Shown: piece by piece, positions 52,110-60,265 of the stretch
Layout of the letters: every line of letters starts with the position of its first letter
Position numbering within the stretch: the first letter of the stretch is position 1
Assembly: GCA_963700145.1 (NCBI GenBank)
Contig: OY969474.1
Coordinates: forward strand, 4,032,001-4,096,000
Length of the DNA stretch: 64,000 nt
Direction: 5' to 3'
From: an uncultured Acidobacteriota bacterium
GTDB taxonomy: Bacteria > Acidobacteriota > Thermoanaerobaculia > Multivoradales > UBA5704
Notes under the pieces: model-generated
Told to the model about the DNA's origin: nothing
Database searches by the model: none
The model's input: only the letters and a program-made list of their open reading frames with translations
Made by a program: the position numbers and the translations under genes

Positions 52110-52454
52110 TTATTGACCGTCAGGTGCATCCTCGACACTCAAAGTTCGGAAATGCCCCTCGCATCGCGAGGCTGGTGTAGTGTCCTTGTACGACGTTATG
52201 CCAGTGACCTGGCCGTTACGAAGCCATATAGCTCGGTAGTCGTGATAGCCGAAGCCCGCACCAGTGATGCAGTATTGCCACACTTCATAGTCGCCCTGGA
52301 ATTGTCGGTCCTTAGGCGGTCCCATTACCTCAAGAACTTCAGCCTTGCTATCGCCTGGGTTGAGCAGTATGGTTTTCCTTTCGAGTTCCATAGTTCGGCA
52401 TGCCGACAAGGCAACTAGCAGTACTAACACTGCGGTTACCGTCTCGCTCCGCAT
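52110..52454 (-). CDS. Low-GC lipoprotein (SmpA/OmlA-like), cassette gene
   Basis: LSAC lipobox, GDSKAEVLEVMGPP and EVWQY; GGAGG ribosome-binding site. Confidence 0.7.
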   Translation of the reverse strand: MRSETVTAVLVLLVALSACRTMELERKTILLNPGDSKAEVLEVMGPPKDRQFQGDYEVWQYCITGAGFGYHDYRAIWLRNGQVTGITSYKDTTPASRCEGHFRTLSVEDAPDGQ

Positions 52455-52469
52455 TTCTCCTCCAAAGAA

Positions 52470-52561
52470 GGCTAATGATCCTAGGTCTACAAGCGGCAGC
52501 GTAGCTTTTCGCTAGAGCCGCATTGGGCGCCGTTCCGGGTAGATCGGTGCAAGACTTAGAC
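52470..52561 (-). mobile_element. Degenerate attC-like site
   Basis: On the minus strand GTCTAAG ... ATTAGCC, with internal pairing GCGGC-AGCG-TAGC/GCTA-GA-GCCGC and TCTAC/GTAGA; lies between two low-GC genes. Confidence 0.5.
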
Positions 52562-52575
52562 GACGCTCAGTTTTT

Positions 52576-53247
52576 CTATCGGAGAAAATCTTCGATGAGT
52601 GTGCGTGTTCCACTGATCAATTCTCCAACATCTCTGATTTCAAGCCGATCCCATTCAGCATGAAGCGCGTGATTCCGCACTCCGGAGTAAGTCTTGACCC
52701 GCTTGCCTTGAACTAGTGAAAACACCGAGGCGCTGACGAGGGCATCCACGAGTTGCTCTAGGCTTTTGCCGCTCGTTTCTATGCCGTGCGTTACGGCGAT
52801 CTTTTTTATCGTATCCTCAAGCACAGCACTTGCCAGCACGGCAGCCTCTGTTTTTTTATTTCCCTTGTGATAAACGGCGGCGTGATCGAGAAAGTCATCA
52901 AACGCGGCGGCGACCACCAGGTATTCGATTTTCTTGAGGAGACCAGCATTCCATTCTTCGTGAGCGGAGATGAGGAGCGCGCAAAGCTTTTGCACTACGT
53001 GTGTCGGAATTCCGGTCTCCAAGTCCCTGTCGGAAAGCAAGCGTTTGTTTTCCTCGGCAAAGTAACTTCCTGGTAACGCGACAGTGCTTAGTAGATTAGC
53101 GGTTGAGGCCATCCAAGCCTGGTATTTTGGGATATCATCAGTAGGACACCAGTACTCGAGACCATCGTTGTCACGAGGAAGGTCGCTGAGCAGGCGTCGG
53201 CCTCGATCCACCAGCTCAACGAAACGTCTGTCAATCGTCTCCTTCAT
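52576..53247 (-). CDS. HEPN/DUF4145-like protein, cassette gene
   Basis: AAVLASAVLEDTIKKI and VRNHALH (RxxxxH); low GC. Confidence 0.75.
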   Translation of the reverse strand: MKETIDRRFVELVDRGRRLLSDLPRDNDGLEYWCPTDDIPKYQAWMASTANLLSTVALPGSYFAEENKRLLSDRDLETGIPTHVVQKLCALLISAHEEWNAGLLKKIEYLVVAAAFDDFLDHAAVYHKGNKKTEAAVLASAVLEDTIKKIAVTHGIETSGKSLEQLVDALVSASVFSLVQGKRVKTYSGVRNHALHAEWDRLEIRDVGELISGTRTLIEDFLR

Positions 53248-53263
53248 GCCGATATGCTTTTGT

Positions 53264-53390
53264 GTCTAACTTGTGTTTCGACGACTCTCCGAGGTGTGGG
53301 TATATTGGCCATAGGCGACAATCGGTTGTTATCTCGCCCGGCGGGCTTCGATGCCCGAGGCTCCATGTGCTGGGCTCTAATCAGTTAGGC
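53264..53390 (-). mobile_element. attC-like site
   Basis: On the minus strand GCCTAAC (RYYYAAC) ... GTTAGAC (GTTRRRY), 127 bp, ending 16 nt before the ATG at 53247. The inner L boxes are not clearly paired. Confidence 0.6.
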
Positions 53391-53659
53391 CAGTCTACCA
53401 GAGAGGGTAAGGAAGCTCACAGCGAGAAGCTCCGCCTTGCTTCAAGTGCTGAGGAGGGGGCTCTGAGTTCTCCACAACTCGGCAGCGCTTGCGGAGGAAT
53501 GACGGGAGGGCGATGCGGCGGGTCGGAGCGCCGTCAGCGGGCCGCGGGTGGGGCGGCATCACCTCGGATCGCTCGGGGCGATGTCCTGCTCCACTGCGCT
53601 CCTGCAAGTCTCTGCGGAATCGAGGTTTCCGGGCAGCAAGGAGCGTCGTATCAGGCGCC

Positions 53660-53848
53660 GCGGGGAATGCCGTGGGCGTTGGGGGAAGTTCCGCGACCGC
53701 TGCGGGAAATGCTGCGGTCACTTCTTCGTTTCCCGCGGGCGCCGCGGGAGATCCCGCGGGCTTTGCGGCATTCTCCGCGAGTGCTGGGGGAAGTGACCCG
53801 GCCGCTGCGGGAAATGCCGCCGCCGCGGCGGGAAACTCCGCGGCGGCT
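53660..53848. repeat. Degenerate 21-nt tandem array (9 units)
   Basis: GCGGGAAATnCCGC-like units start at 53660, 53681, 53702, 53723, 53744, 53765, 53786, 53807 and 53828. Confidence 0.85.
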
Positions 53849-53974
53849 GCTAGACCGCACCCACCTGCTCCGCCACGGCGCTGGCACGCCGCTCGCACAA
53901 TCCGCCCGCCGCGGTCCTCGCGGCCCGCGTTGTAGCAGGTCAACCTGCTCTTCATCCGGGAAAGGAGTTCTCCA

Positions 53975-54214
53975 GTGCTGGCGCGGATTCGACCCGAGGA
54001 CAAGGAAACGGCCCTGGCGGTGGGTGTCGTCGCCGCGGTGGTTTGGGGGCTGGGGGTGAGCCTCTACGCCTTCTATCAGGGGCCCCAGGAGATCTCCTGG
54101 GGACAGTGGTTCGGCTCGCTCCTCGGGGGCATCGCCGCCTGCCTGGCTGCGCCGCCGCTGTTGCTGGCGAGCGGCTCCTGGCTACGGTTGCGGAAGGACC
54201 GCCGGCGCTTCTGA
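53975..54214 (+). CDS. Small two-TM membrane protein
   Basis: AAGGAG ribosome-binding site, two hydrophobic helices and a basic tail. Confidence 0.55.
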   Translation: MLARIRPEDKETALAVGVVAAVVWGLGVSLYAFYQGPQEISWGQWFGSLLGGIAACLAAPPLLLASGSWLRLRKDRRRF

Positions 54215-54876
54215 GCCGGCGATCACCAGCACGAACTCCCCCTTGAGCGCCGGCCGCGCCGCGAGCGCGGCGGCCAGCTCGCTCAGCCTGCCCCGCAGCA
54301 CCTCCTCGTGCAGCTTCGTCAGCTCGCGCCCGATCGCCGCCGGGCGGTCGCCCAGCTCGGCGACGGCGTCCGCCAGGCTCGCCAGCAGGCGGTGGGGGGA
54401 CTCGAAGACGACCAGCGTGTGCCCGAGCGCCGCGAGCCGGCGGTAGAAGCTGCGCCGGCGGCCGGACTTGGGCGGCGGGAAGCCGGCGAAGGTGAAGGGG
54501 TACGGGGGGAGCCCGGAGACCACGAGCGCCGCGAGCGGCGCCGACGGCCCCGGCACCGGCTCGATCCGCACGCCGCGCGCCGCCGCCTCCCGCACCAGCA
54601 GGTACCCTGGATCGGAGAGGAGCGGCGTGCCGGCGTCGCTCGCCAGGGCGATCGTCGCGCCGTCTTCGAGCGCCGCCAGGAGCCGCGGCAGACGCTGCCG
54701 CTCGTTGTGCTCGTGCAGGGACACGAGCGTTTTTTTCAAGCCGAGGCGGACGAGGAGCCGGCCGGTGTGGCGGGTGTCCTCGCAGGCGACCAGGTCGGCG
54801 CGCTCGAAGGCGGCCCGCGCCCGCGGCGAGATGTCGTCGAGGTTGCCGATCGGGGTCGAGACGACGAGTAGAATGC
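54182..54876 (-). CDS. rsmI: 16S rRNA C1402 2'-O-methyltransferase; start codon unclear
   Basis: VVSTPIGNLDDIS, ACEDTR, SDAGTPLLSDPG, FESPHR and RELTKLHEE motifs. Confidence 0.9.
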
Positions 54877-54883
54877 CGTTCCG

Positions 54884-55300
54884 TTGATCCCCGCTGCTGC
54901 CCCCGCCCCGCCGGCGCCCCCGCGCGTCCTCCCCTGGTACCGCGCTTACGCGGTCGCCATGGCCCTCCTCTACCTCCTCTGCATCGTCGGCGGCGTCGCG
55001 GTCTTCTTCTTCGCCGACGAGCTCGCCGCCTCCGACGACGAGGTGCCGGCCGCCCTCTGGATCGTCTACGGCGCGCTGCTCACCGGCCTCGGCGTGCTGC
55101 TCGCCGCCGCCTACGTCGCGGCGCTCTTCCTGCCGCCGAAGCCCTGGACGTGGATCTACCACATCGTCCTCATCGGGATCGGCATGACGAGCTGCTGCTG
55201 CATGCCGGTCTCGATCCCGCTCATGGTCTATTGGTTCAAGCCCGAGACCCAGGCGTACTTTGGCCGCGGCCCCGCCGCGGCGCCGGCACCCGTCCTCTAG
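54884..55300 (+). CDS. Membrane protein
   Basis: Three to four TM helices; KPWTW and SCCCMP; host codon usage. Confidence 0.7.
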   Translation: MIPAAAPAPPAPPRVLPWYRAYAVAMALLYLLCIVGGVAVFFFADELAASDDEVPAALWIVYGALLTGLGVLLAAAYVAALFLPPKPWTWIYHIVLIGIGMTSCCCMPVSIPLMVYWFKPETQAYFGRGPAAAPAPVL

Positions 55301-56127
55301 TCCCGCGGGATCTCCTGGTCCAGGTTGATCGCGCTGCCCGAGAGGCGCGCGATGAGCATCAGCCGCCGCTTGAAGCGGTTCTGCCGCTCGCGCTGCACGA
55401 TGCCGTCGACCGCTGCCTGCGGGTAGCCGCGCTCGACGACCTCGGCCGGCGTCAGGCCGACGTCGTAGAGCAGGTAGAGCACCTCGTCGGCGGTCGGGTA
55501 GTCGCTCCCCAGGTCCTCCTCGTCGGTCTGCCCCGGCCAGAGGTCGGCCGACGGGGCCTTCGCGACCACCGCCTCGGGCAGCTTGAGGTGGCGCGCCAGC
55601 TGCCAGACCTGCTGTTTGTAGAGGTCGCCGAGCGGGTTGAGCGAGCTGGCGTTGTCGCCGAAGACGGTCGAGTAGCCGAGCAGGATCTCGGTCTTGTTGG
55701 AGGTCCCGAGCACGAGGCACCCGAGCGCCTTCGCCTGGTCGAAGAGGATCGCCATCCGCTCGCGCGCCATCTTGTTGCCCAGGCGCACGCGGTCGGCCGC
55801 GCCGGCCTGCGCGAAGTAGGCGTCGACCATCGGCGAGATGTCGAAGCTCTTGCAGCAGATGCCGAGCTGCTCGGCGACCAGCCGTCCGTGCGCGGCGGAG
55901 TCGGCGGTCGAGGTGCGGTAGGGGAGGAGGAAGCCGTGCACCCGCTCGGGGCCGAGGGCGCGGGCGGCGAGCGCCGCGGCGAGCGCCGAGTCGACGCCGC
56001 CCGAAAGCCCCACGACGACGCCGGCGGCGCCGGCGTTCTCGACCGCGTCGCGCACGAAGTCGGTGAGCACCGCCGTCGCCAGCGGCGCGTTGAGCTCGAG
56101 GCGCGCCGCCACCTCGCCGCGGCGCAT
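55297..56127 (-). CDS. nadE: NAD+ synthetase (synthetase domain)
   Basis: GLSGGVDS, GNKMARERM, GTSNKTE and KAPSADLW motifs. Confidence 0.96.
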   Translation of the reverse strand: MRRGEVAARLELNAPLATAVLTDFVRDAVENAGAAGVVVGLSGGVDSALAAALAARALGPERVHGFLLPYRTSTADSAAHGRLVAEQLGICCKSFDISPMVDAYFAQAGAADRVRLGNKMARERMAILFDQAKALGCLVLGTSNKTEILLGYSTVFGDNASSLNPLGDLYKQQVWQLARHLKLPEAVVAKAPSADLWPGQTDEEDLGSDYPTADEVLYLLYDVGLTPAEVVERGYPQAAVDGIVQRERQNRFKRRLMLIARLSGSAINLDQEIPRD

Positions 56128-56960
56128 CAGGCCGGTCCCACGACGTCGGTGCGCTCGTCGTCGAGGAGCGGCAGGCGGAAGCGCAGGCGGTCGGCCTCGC
56201 GCAGGTCGACCTCGGCGACCAGCAGGTGCTCCTCGAGGAACGGCGCCCGCGCCGCGACCTCGCCGCCGGGGCGGACGAGGTGGCTGCCGCCGGGGTAGAA
56301 CGTCCCCTCCTCCCAGCCGACGCGCGAGCAGTAGGCGACCCAGCAGGTGTTGAGGAGAGCGGTCGAGCGCGTCAGCACTTCCCAGGTGTCGGAGTTCTCC
56401 GGCACCGGCCCGGGGCCGACGCGGCCGGGGGAGACCGACGGGACGACGATCAGCTTGGCGCCGCCGAGCGCCATCCGCCGCGCCAGCTCGGCGTGCCAGA
56501 GGTCCTCGCAGATGAGCACCCCGAATTTGCCGCCGGCGATCGGCGCCAGGCCGAGCGAGCGGCCGCGGGCGAAGAAGCGCTCCTCCTGGAAGATGCCGTA
56601 GGTCGGGAGGTAGACCTTGCGGTGGGTGTGGACGACGGCGCCCTCCTGGAGGACGAGCGCGCTGTTGTGGAGGGTGCCGTTCTCGTCCTCCTCGACCAGG
56701 CCGACGACGACGGTCATGCCGGCGGCCGCCGCGGCGAGCCGTGCCAGGTGCGGCGAGCGCTGCGGCGCCAGCGCCACGCGCGGCGTCAGGTGGAGGAGGC
56801 GGTAGCCGGTTAAGGACAGCTCGGGGAAGACAAGCAGCTCGACCCCGGCGGCGCGCGCCTCCTCGATGCGGGCGAGGTGGCGGGCGAGGTTCTCGTCGAG
56901 GTCGCCCAAGCGGGAGTCCACCTGGGCCAGGCCGACCCGCAGGGCTCCGCCGGTGCTCAT
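56127..56960 (-). CDS. Nitrilase-family protein, probable glutaminase partner of NadE
   Basis: FPELSLTGY, RKVYLPTYGIFQEERFF and ICEDLW (E-K-C triad). Confidence 0.88.
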   Translation of the reverse strand: MSTGGALRVGLAQVDSRLGDLDENLARHLARIEEARAAGVELLVFPELSLTGYRLLHLTPRVALAPQRSPHLARLAAAAAGMTVVVGLVEEDENGTLHNSALVLQEGAVVHTHRKVYLPTYGIFQEERFFARGRSLGLAPIAGGKFGVLICEDLWHAELARRMALGGAKLIVVPSVSPGRVGPGPVPENSDTWEVLTRSTALLNTCWVAYCSRVGWEEGTFYPGGSHLVRPGGEVAARAPFLEEHLLVAEVDLREADRLRFRLPLLDDERTDVVGPA

Positions 56961-56984
56961 CGAATGGGATGCTAGCATGCGCTC

Positions 56985-57722
56985 ATGCATCGCCCGGGCG
57001 CGCCCAGAGGGGCGGTTTGGCTCCTCGCCGCGGCGCTCCTGCCGGCCGCCGCCCCCGCCCAAGAGACCGCGCCGCCGGCGCCCGCGACGGCGCCTTACGA
57101 GCTGCGCGACCGCATCGTCGCGGTGGTGGACGAGGACCCGATCCTCGCCTCCGACGTCGAGCGGGTGATCGCCCTCGGGCTCGCCAACCGCGAGCCCGGC
57201 GAGAGCCAGGAGGCTTTCCGACGGCGCGTCCTCGAAGGGCTGATCGACCAGCGCCTGCGCGCCCACGAGATCGACCGCTTCGGGCTCGGCCAGGTGGACG
57301 TGAAGCTGGTCGACGAGCACGTCGCCGAGATCCGCTCGCGCTTCGAGAGCGAGGAGGCCTTCCGGCGGCGGCTGGAGGAGCTGGACCTCGACCTCGAGGG
57401 CCTGCGCCAGCTCGTGGCGCGGCAGCTCTCCGTCCTCGAGTACGTCAACGAGCGGCTGGCGGTGCGCGTCTTCGTCACCCTCGACGAGATCAACGAGTAC
57501 TACGAGAAGGTCCTGGTGCCGCAGCTCCGCGCGCAGGGGGCGCCGGTGCCGCCGATCGAAGAGGTGCGCGAAGACATCCGCGAGCTCCTCCGCGAGCAGC
57601 GCCTCAACCGCGAGGTCGAGACCTGGACCGAGCAGCTCCGCCGCGAAGCCGACGTCTCCCGCTTCCCCGACGAGCCCCAGGCGCCGCTGCCGCCGGTGGT
57701 GGAGACGATCGAGGAGCCGTAG
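56985..57722 (+). CDS. SurA/PrsA N-terminal domain-like periplasmic chaperone
   Basis: Signal peptide; DRIVAVVDEDPILASDV and LEGLIDQRL. Confidence 0.75.
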   Translation: MHRPGAPRGAVWLLAAALLPAAAPAQETAPPAPATAPYELRDRIVAVVDEDPILASDVERVIALGLANREPGESQEAFRRRVLEGLIDQRLRAHEIDRFGLGQVDVKLVDEHVAEIRSRFESEEAFRRRLEELDLDLEGLRQLVARQLSVLEYVNERLAVRVFVTLDEINEYYEKVLVPQLRAQGAPVPPIEEVREDIRELLREQRLNREVETWTEQLRREADVSRFPDEPQAPLPPVVETIEEP

Positions 57723-57726
57723 GCAA

Positions 57727-58284
57727 ATGAAAGGAGTGCCTCGGGGACCCATCCTGCGGATCAAAGTGACTTTGCGGGAGAGCAGCCCGCCGATCTGGAG
57801 ACGGCTGCTGGTGCCAGCCGACATGACGCTCGGTGAATTCCACGAGGTGCTCCAGATCGCGATGGGCTGGACCGACACGCACCTGCATCACTTCACCGCC
57901 AAGGGCGTCTACTACGGCACTCCGGACCCGGAGTGGGATATGGACTACCGGGACGAGCGGCGAGTGCGTCTCGCGGCGCTTTTAAAGAGCCCGAAGGACC
58001 GGCTGCGCTACGAGTATGACTTCGGAGATGGGTGGGAGCACGACGTGGTAGTGGAAGAGGTCCTGGCCGCCGACCCGAAGGGCCGCTACCCTCGGGTGCT
58101 GGCGGGGAAGCGCGCCTGTCCGCCCGAAGACTGCGGCGGCATCCCTGGCTACTTCACGCTCCTCGCGGCGCTCGCCGATCCGGCACACCCCGAGCACGGC
58201 GAGCTGTCTGACTGGGTCGGCGAGAACTTCGATCCCGAGACGTTCGATGCCGAGGCGGTCAATCGGATCTTCCATCCCGAGTAG
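57727..58284 (+). CDS. pRiA4b ORF-3-family protein
   Basis: PPIWRRLLVP, GWTDTHLHHF, YEYDFGDGWEH and RACPPEDCGG motifs. Confidence 0.92.
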   Translation: MKGVPRGPILRIKVTLRESSPPIWRRLLVPADMTLGEFHEVLQIAMGWTDTHLHHFTAKGVYYGTPDPEWDMDYRDERRVRLAALLKSPKDRLRYEYDFGDGWEHDVVVEEVLAADPKGRYPRVLAGKRACPPEDCGGIPGYFTLLAALADPAHPEHGELSDWVGENFDPETFDAEAVNRIFHPE

Positions 58285-58323
58285 GGGCGCGCGCGCCTGT
58301 CGACCACCAGCGCCCTTCTCCTG

Positions 58324-58575
58324 TTACCGAGGCCCCCGGACCAGGTTCCAGAACCCTCGCGGGTCGAGGATCGGCAAGGGGGCGCCTCCTCGATCGCCTG
58401 GACCTGTGCCGGCGGGACGCCGAGCTTTTCCTGCAGCGTGCGCCGGAGCTCCTCGATGATGACCTCGCCGACGACCAACTGATGGTCGACGAGGACGTGG
58501 CGGAGGACGTCGGCGCAGAGGCCGCGGGTGGCGAAGGCGCGGACGAGGACGTTGGTGTCGAGGAAGACCCCTCAC
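58324..58575 (-). pseudogene. PIN toxin pseudogene
   Basis: An extra G in GTGAGGGGTC breaks VRVFLDTNVL..ATRGLCAD; an apparent internal deletion precedes PILDPRGFWNLV. Confidence 0.75.
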
Positions 58576-58790
58576 GAGACGTCGCGAAAGACGTCCTCGT
58601 CCGTGAGGTAGCCGCGGGCTTCCGCGAAAGGCATCACCTGGCGGCGGAGCTGCTCGAAGCGCAGCAACCCCAACTGCCGCCGCAGCGCGTCGCGCACGAC
58701 GTCGCTGCGGGTACGGCCGGTCTCCGCACAGAGACGGTCGAGAAGGCGCTCGAGCTCCGCATCGAGGTGGATCGTTAGGGCGCCCTTCAT
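58572..58790 (-). CDS. RHH/CopG antitoxin
   Basis: LTIHLDAELERLL..TGRTRSDVVRDAL..GYLTDEDVF. Confidence 0.88.
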   Translation of the reverse strand: MKGALTIHLDAELERLLDRLCAETGRTRSDVVRDALRRQLGLLRFEQLRRQVMPFAEARGYLTDEDVFRDVS

Positions 58791-58793
58791 GTC

Positions 58794-59213
58794 TTACATT
58801 GTACTACCCAAGACCTCGATCCCCTCGCTCGGGAAGCGCTCGTCGAAGGAGTAGATTCGCGTCACGCCGCGGTCCCGGGCTTCCGCCCAGAGCAGGGCGT
58901 CGGTGAAGGAGTATCGCTTCGAATCGCGGCACATCCGCAGAGCTTCCAGGATCCGCACCTTCGACCGGTCGGGCGTCAGAATGTTCCTTCGCTGGACGAG
59001 CGCGGTGAGCGCATCCACGAGCGCGGGCCGCGAGACTTCGTACACCGAGGCGAGGACGTAAGCGCTCTCGACCAGGACCAGGGCGCTCAGGACGAGGCGG
59101 CGGTCGCTGTCAATGATGGCGGCAGCGCGCGCGCCCGCCTCGGGCGGATCATTCGTTAGGTACCGGACGACGACGCTGGTATCGAGGAGAGCGAGAGGCG
59201 CGGGATCACTCAT
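58794..59213 (-). CDS. vapC: PIN-domain toxin
   Basis: LLDTSVVVRYL, LVE, SFTDAL and YSFD motifs. Confidence 0.88.
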   Translation of the reverse strand: MSDPAPLALLDTSVVVRYLTNDPPEAGARAAAIIDSDRRLVLSALVLVESAYVLASVYEVSRPALVDALTALVQRRNILTPDRSKVRILEALRMCRDSKRYSFTDALLWAEARDRGVTRIYSFDERFPSEGIEVLGSTM

Positions 59214-59482
59214 CGCGAGCGGCGGCGCGGTCGATGGCGTGCCGCCGCCTCGCCCCAGGCACGCTCGCGCGCTTGGGGCCAGGCTCGGGGCGGGACCTTC
59301 CTCTTGATCTCGTCGCTGAGAACGCCGCGCAGCGAGCTGCCGTGCTCGGGCGGGAAGAAGAAGATCTCAAGGTGGTCGCCGACGAGCTTCTGCACCGCTA
59401 CCCAGCCGGGCTCCAACCCGAGCGCCTCGCGCAGCGGCTTCTCGATGACGACCTGCCCCTTCGGTCCTACCACGTGTCCCAT
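59210..59482 (-). CDS. AbrB/MazE-like antitoxin
   Basis: VGPKGQVVIEKPLREALGLEPG. Confidence 0.85.
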   Translation of the reverse strand: MGHVVGPKGQVVIEKPLREALGLEPGWVAVQKLVGDHLEIFFFPPEHGSSLRGVLSDEIKRKVPPRAWPQARERAWGEAAARHRPRRRSR

Positions 59483-59548
59483 GTATGACTCCGGCGCGGG
59501 AGTATAACTTGGAAGCCCCGCGCCGGTCGCGTGGCTCCTCGCCGCCGG

Positions 59549-60196
59549 CTAGAAGCGAACGAGGAAGCCGAAGTGGCCGCCGAGGGCGAGGTAGTCGTCG
59601 ACGGTGGCGGTGCGGCCGGAGACGCGGTCGGTGACTTGCCAGTCGGCCAGGTGTTGGTCGGCGCGGAGGGCAAACTCGAAGGTCCAGCGCTGGCCGAGCA
59701 GGCGGCGCACGCCGGCGGAGAGCTGCGCCACGACCTCGTCGTCGGCTTCGGTGTGGATGTCGAAGCGGCCGCCGTTGGCAAGCGGGCCGACGGCGTCGGG
59801 GACGTCGATCGTCGCGAGGCCGAGGCCGGCGCCGAGGAACCACTCGGTGCGGCCCTGCGGGTTGCCGAAGAGGCGCTCGACCCAGGCGCTGATGGTCGTC
59901 GACTCCGCGACCACGTCGATCGGCTCCAAGGCCGGGCTCTGCGCCAGCCCGACGAGCTTCGCCGGCTCCTCGAAGTCGTACTCCGCCGTGTCGGCGCCGA
60001 AGCCGAGCTTCCAGCGGTCGCCGAGGCGGGCGTGGCCGAAGAGGCCGTAGCCGGGGATGTCGTTGGCGGGCTCGCCGTCGGCGGCCACGATGGTGCCGCG
60101 GAGGCCCAGGTCGAAGCGCTGGGCGGCGGCCGGCGGGACGGCGAGAGCGAGCGTGAGCGCGGCGACGGCGAGGACGGCGGCGACGGTCGATCGCAT
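59549..60196 (-). CDS. Outer-membrane beta-barrel protein
   Basis: Signal peptide, amphipathic strands and a C-terminal GFLVRF. Confidence 0.75.
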   Translation of the reverse strand: MRSTVAAVLAVAALTLALAVPPAAAQRFDLGLRGTIVAADGEPANDIPGYGLFGHARLGDRWKLGFGADTAEYDFEEPAKLVGLAQSPALEPIDVVAESTTISAWVERLFGNPQGRTEWFLGAGLGLATIDVPDAVGPLANGGRFDIHTEADDEVVAQLSAGVRRLLGQRWTFEFALRADQHLADWQVTDRVSGRTATVDDYLALGGHFGFLVRF

Positions 60197-60265
60197 CGAG
60201 GGATCTCCTTTCGCGGAAACAGCCTCGCGCGGTTGGATGCCCCCGGGCGGGAAATCCTTCGCGAC

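Noticed and set aside
53262-54059. Heptad-repeat ORFs over the second array
   Set aside because: Several frames on both strands are open and none has an RBS or recognisable domain. Not called as CDS, though not excluded.
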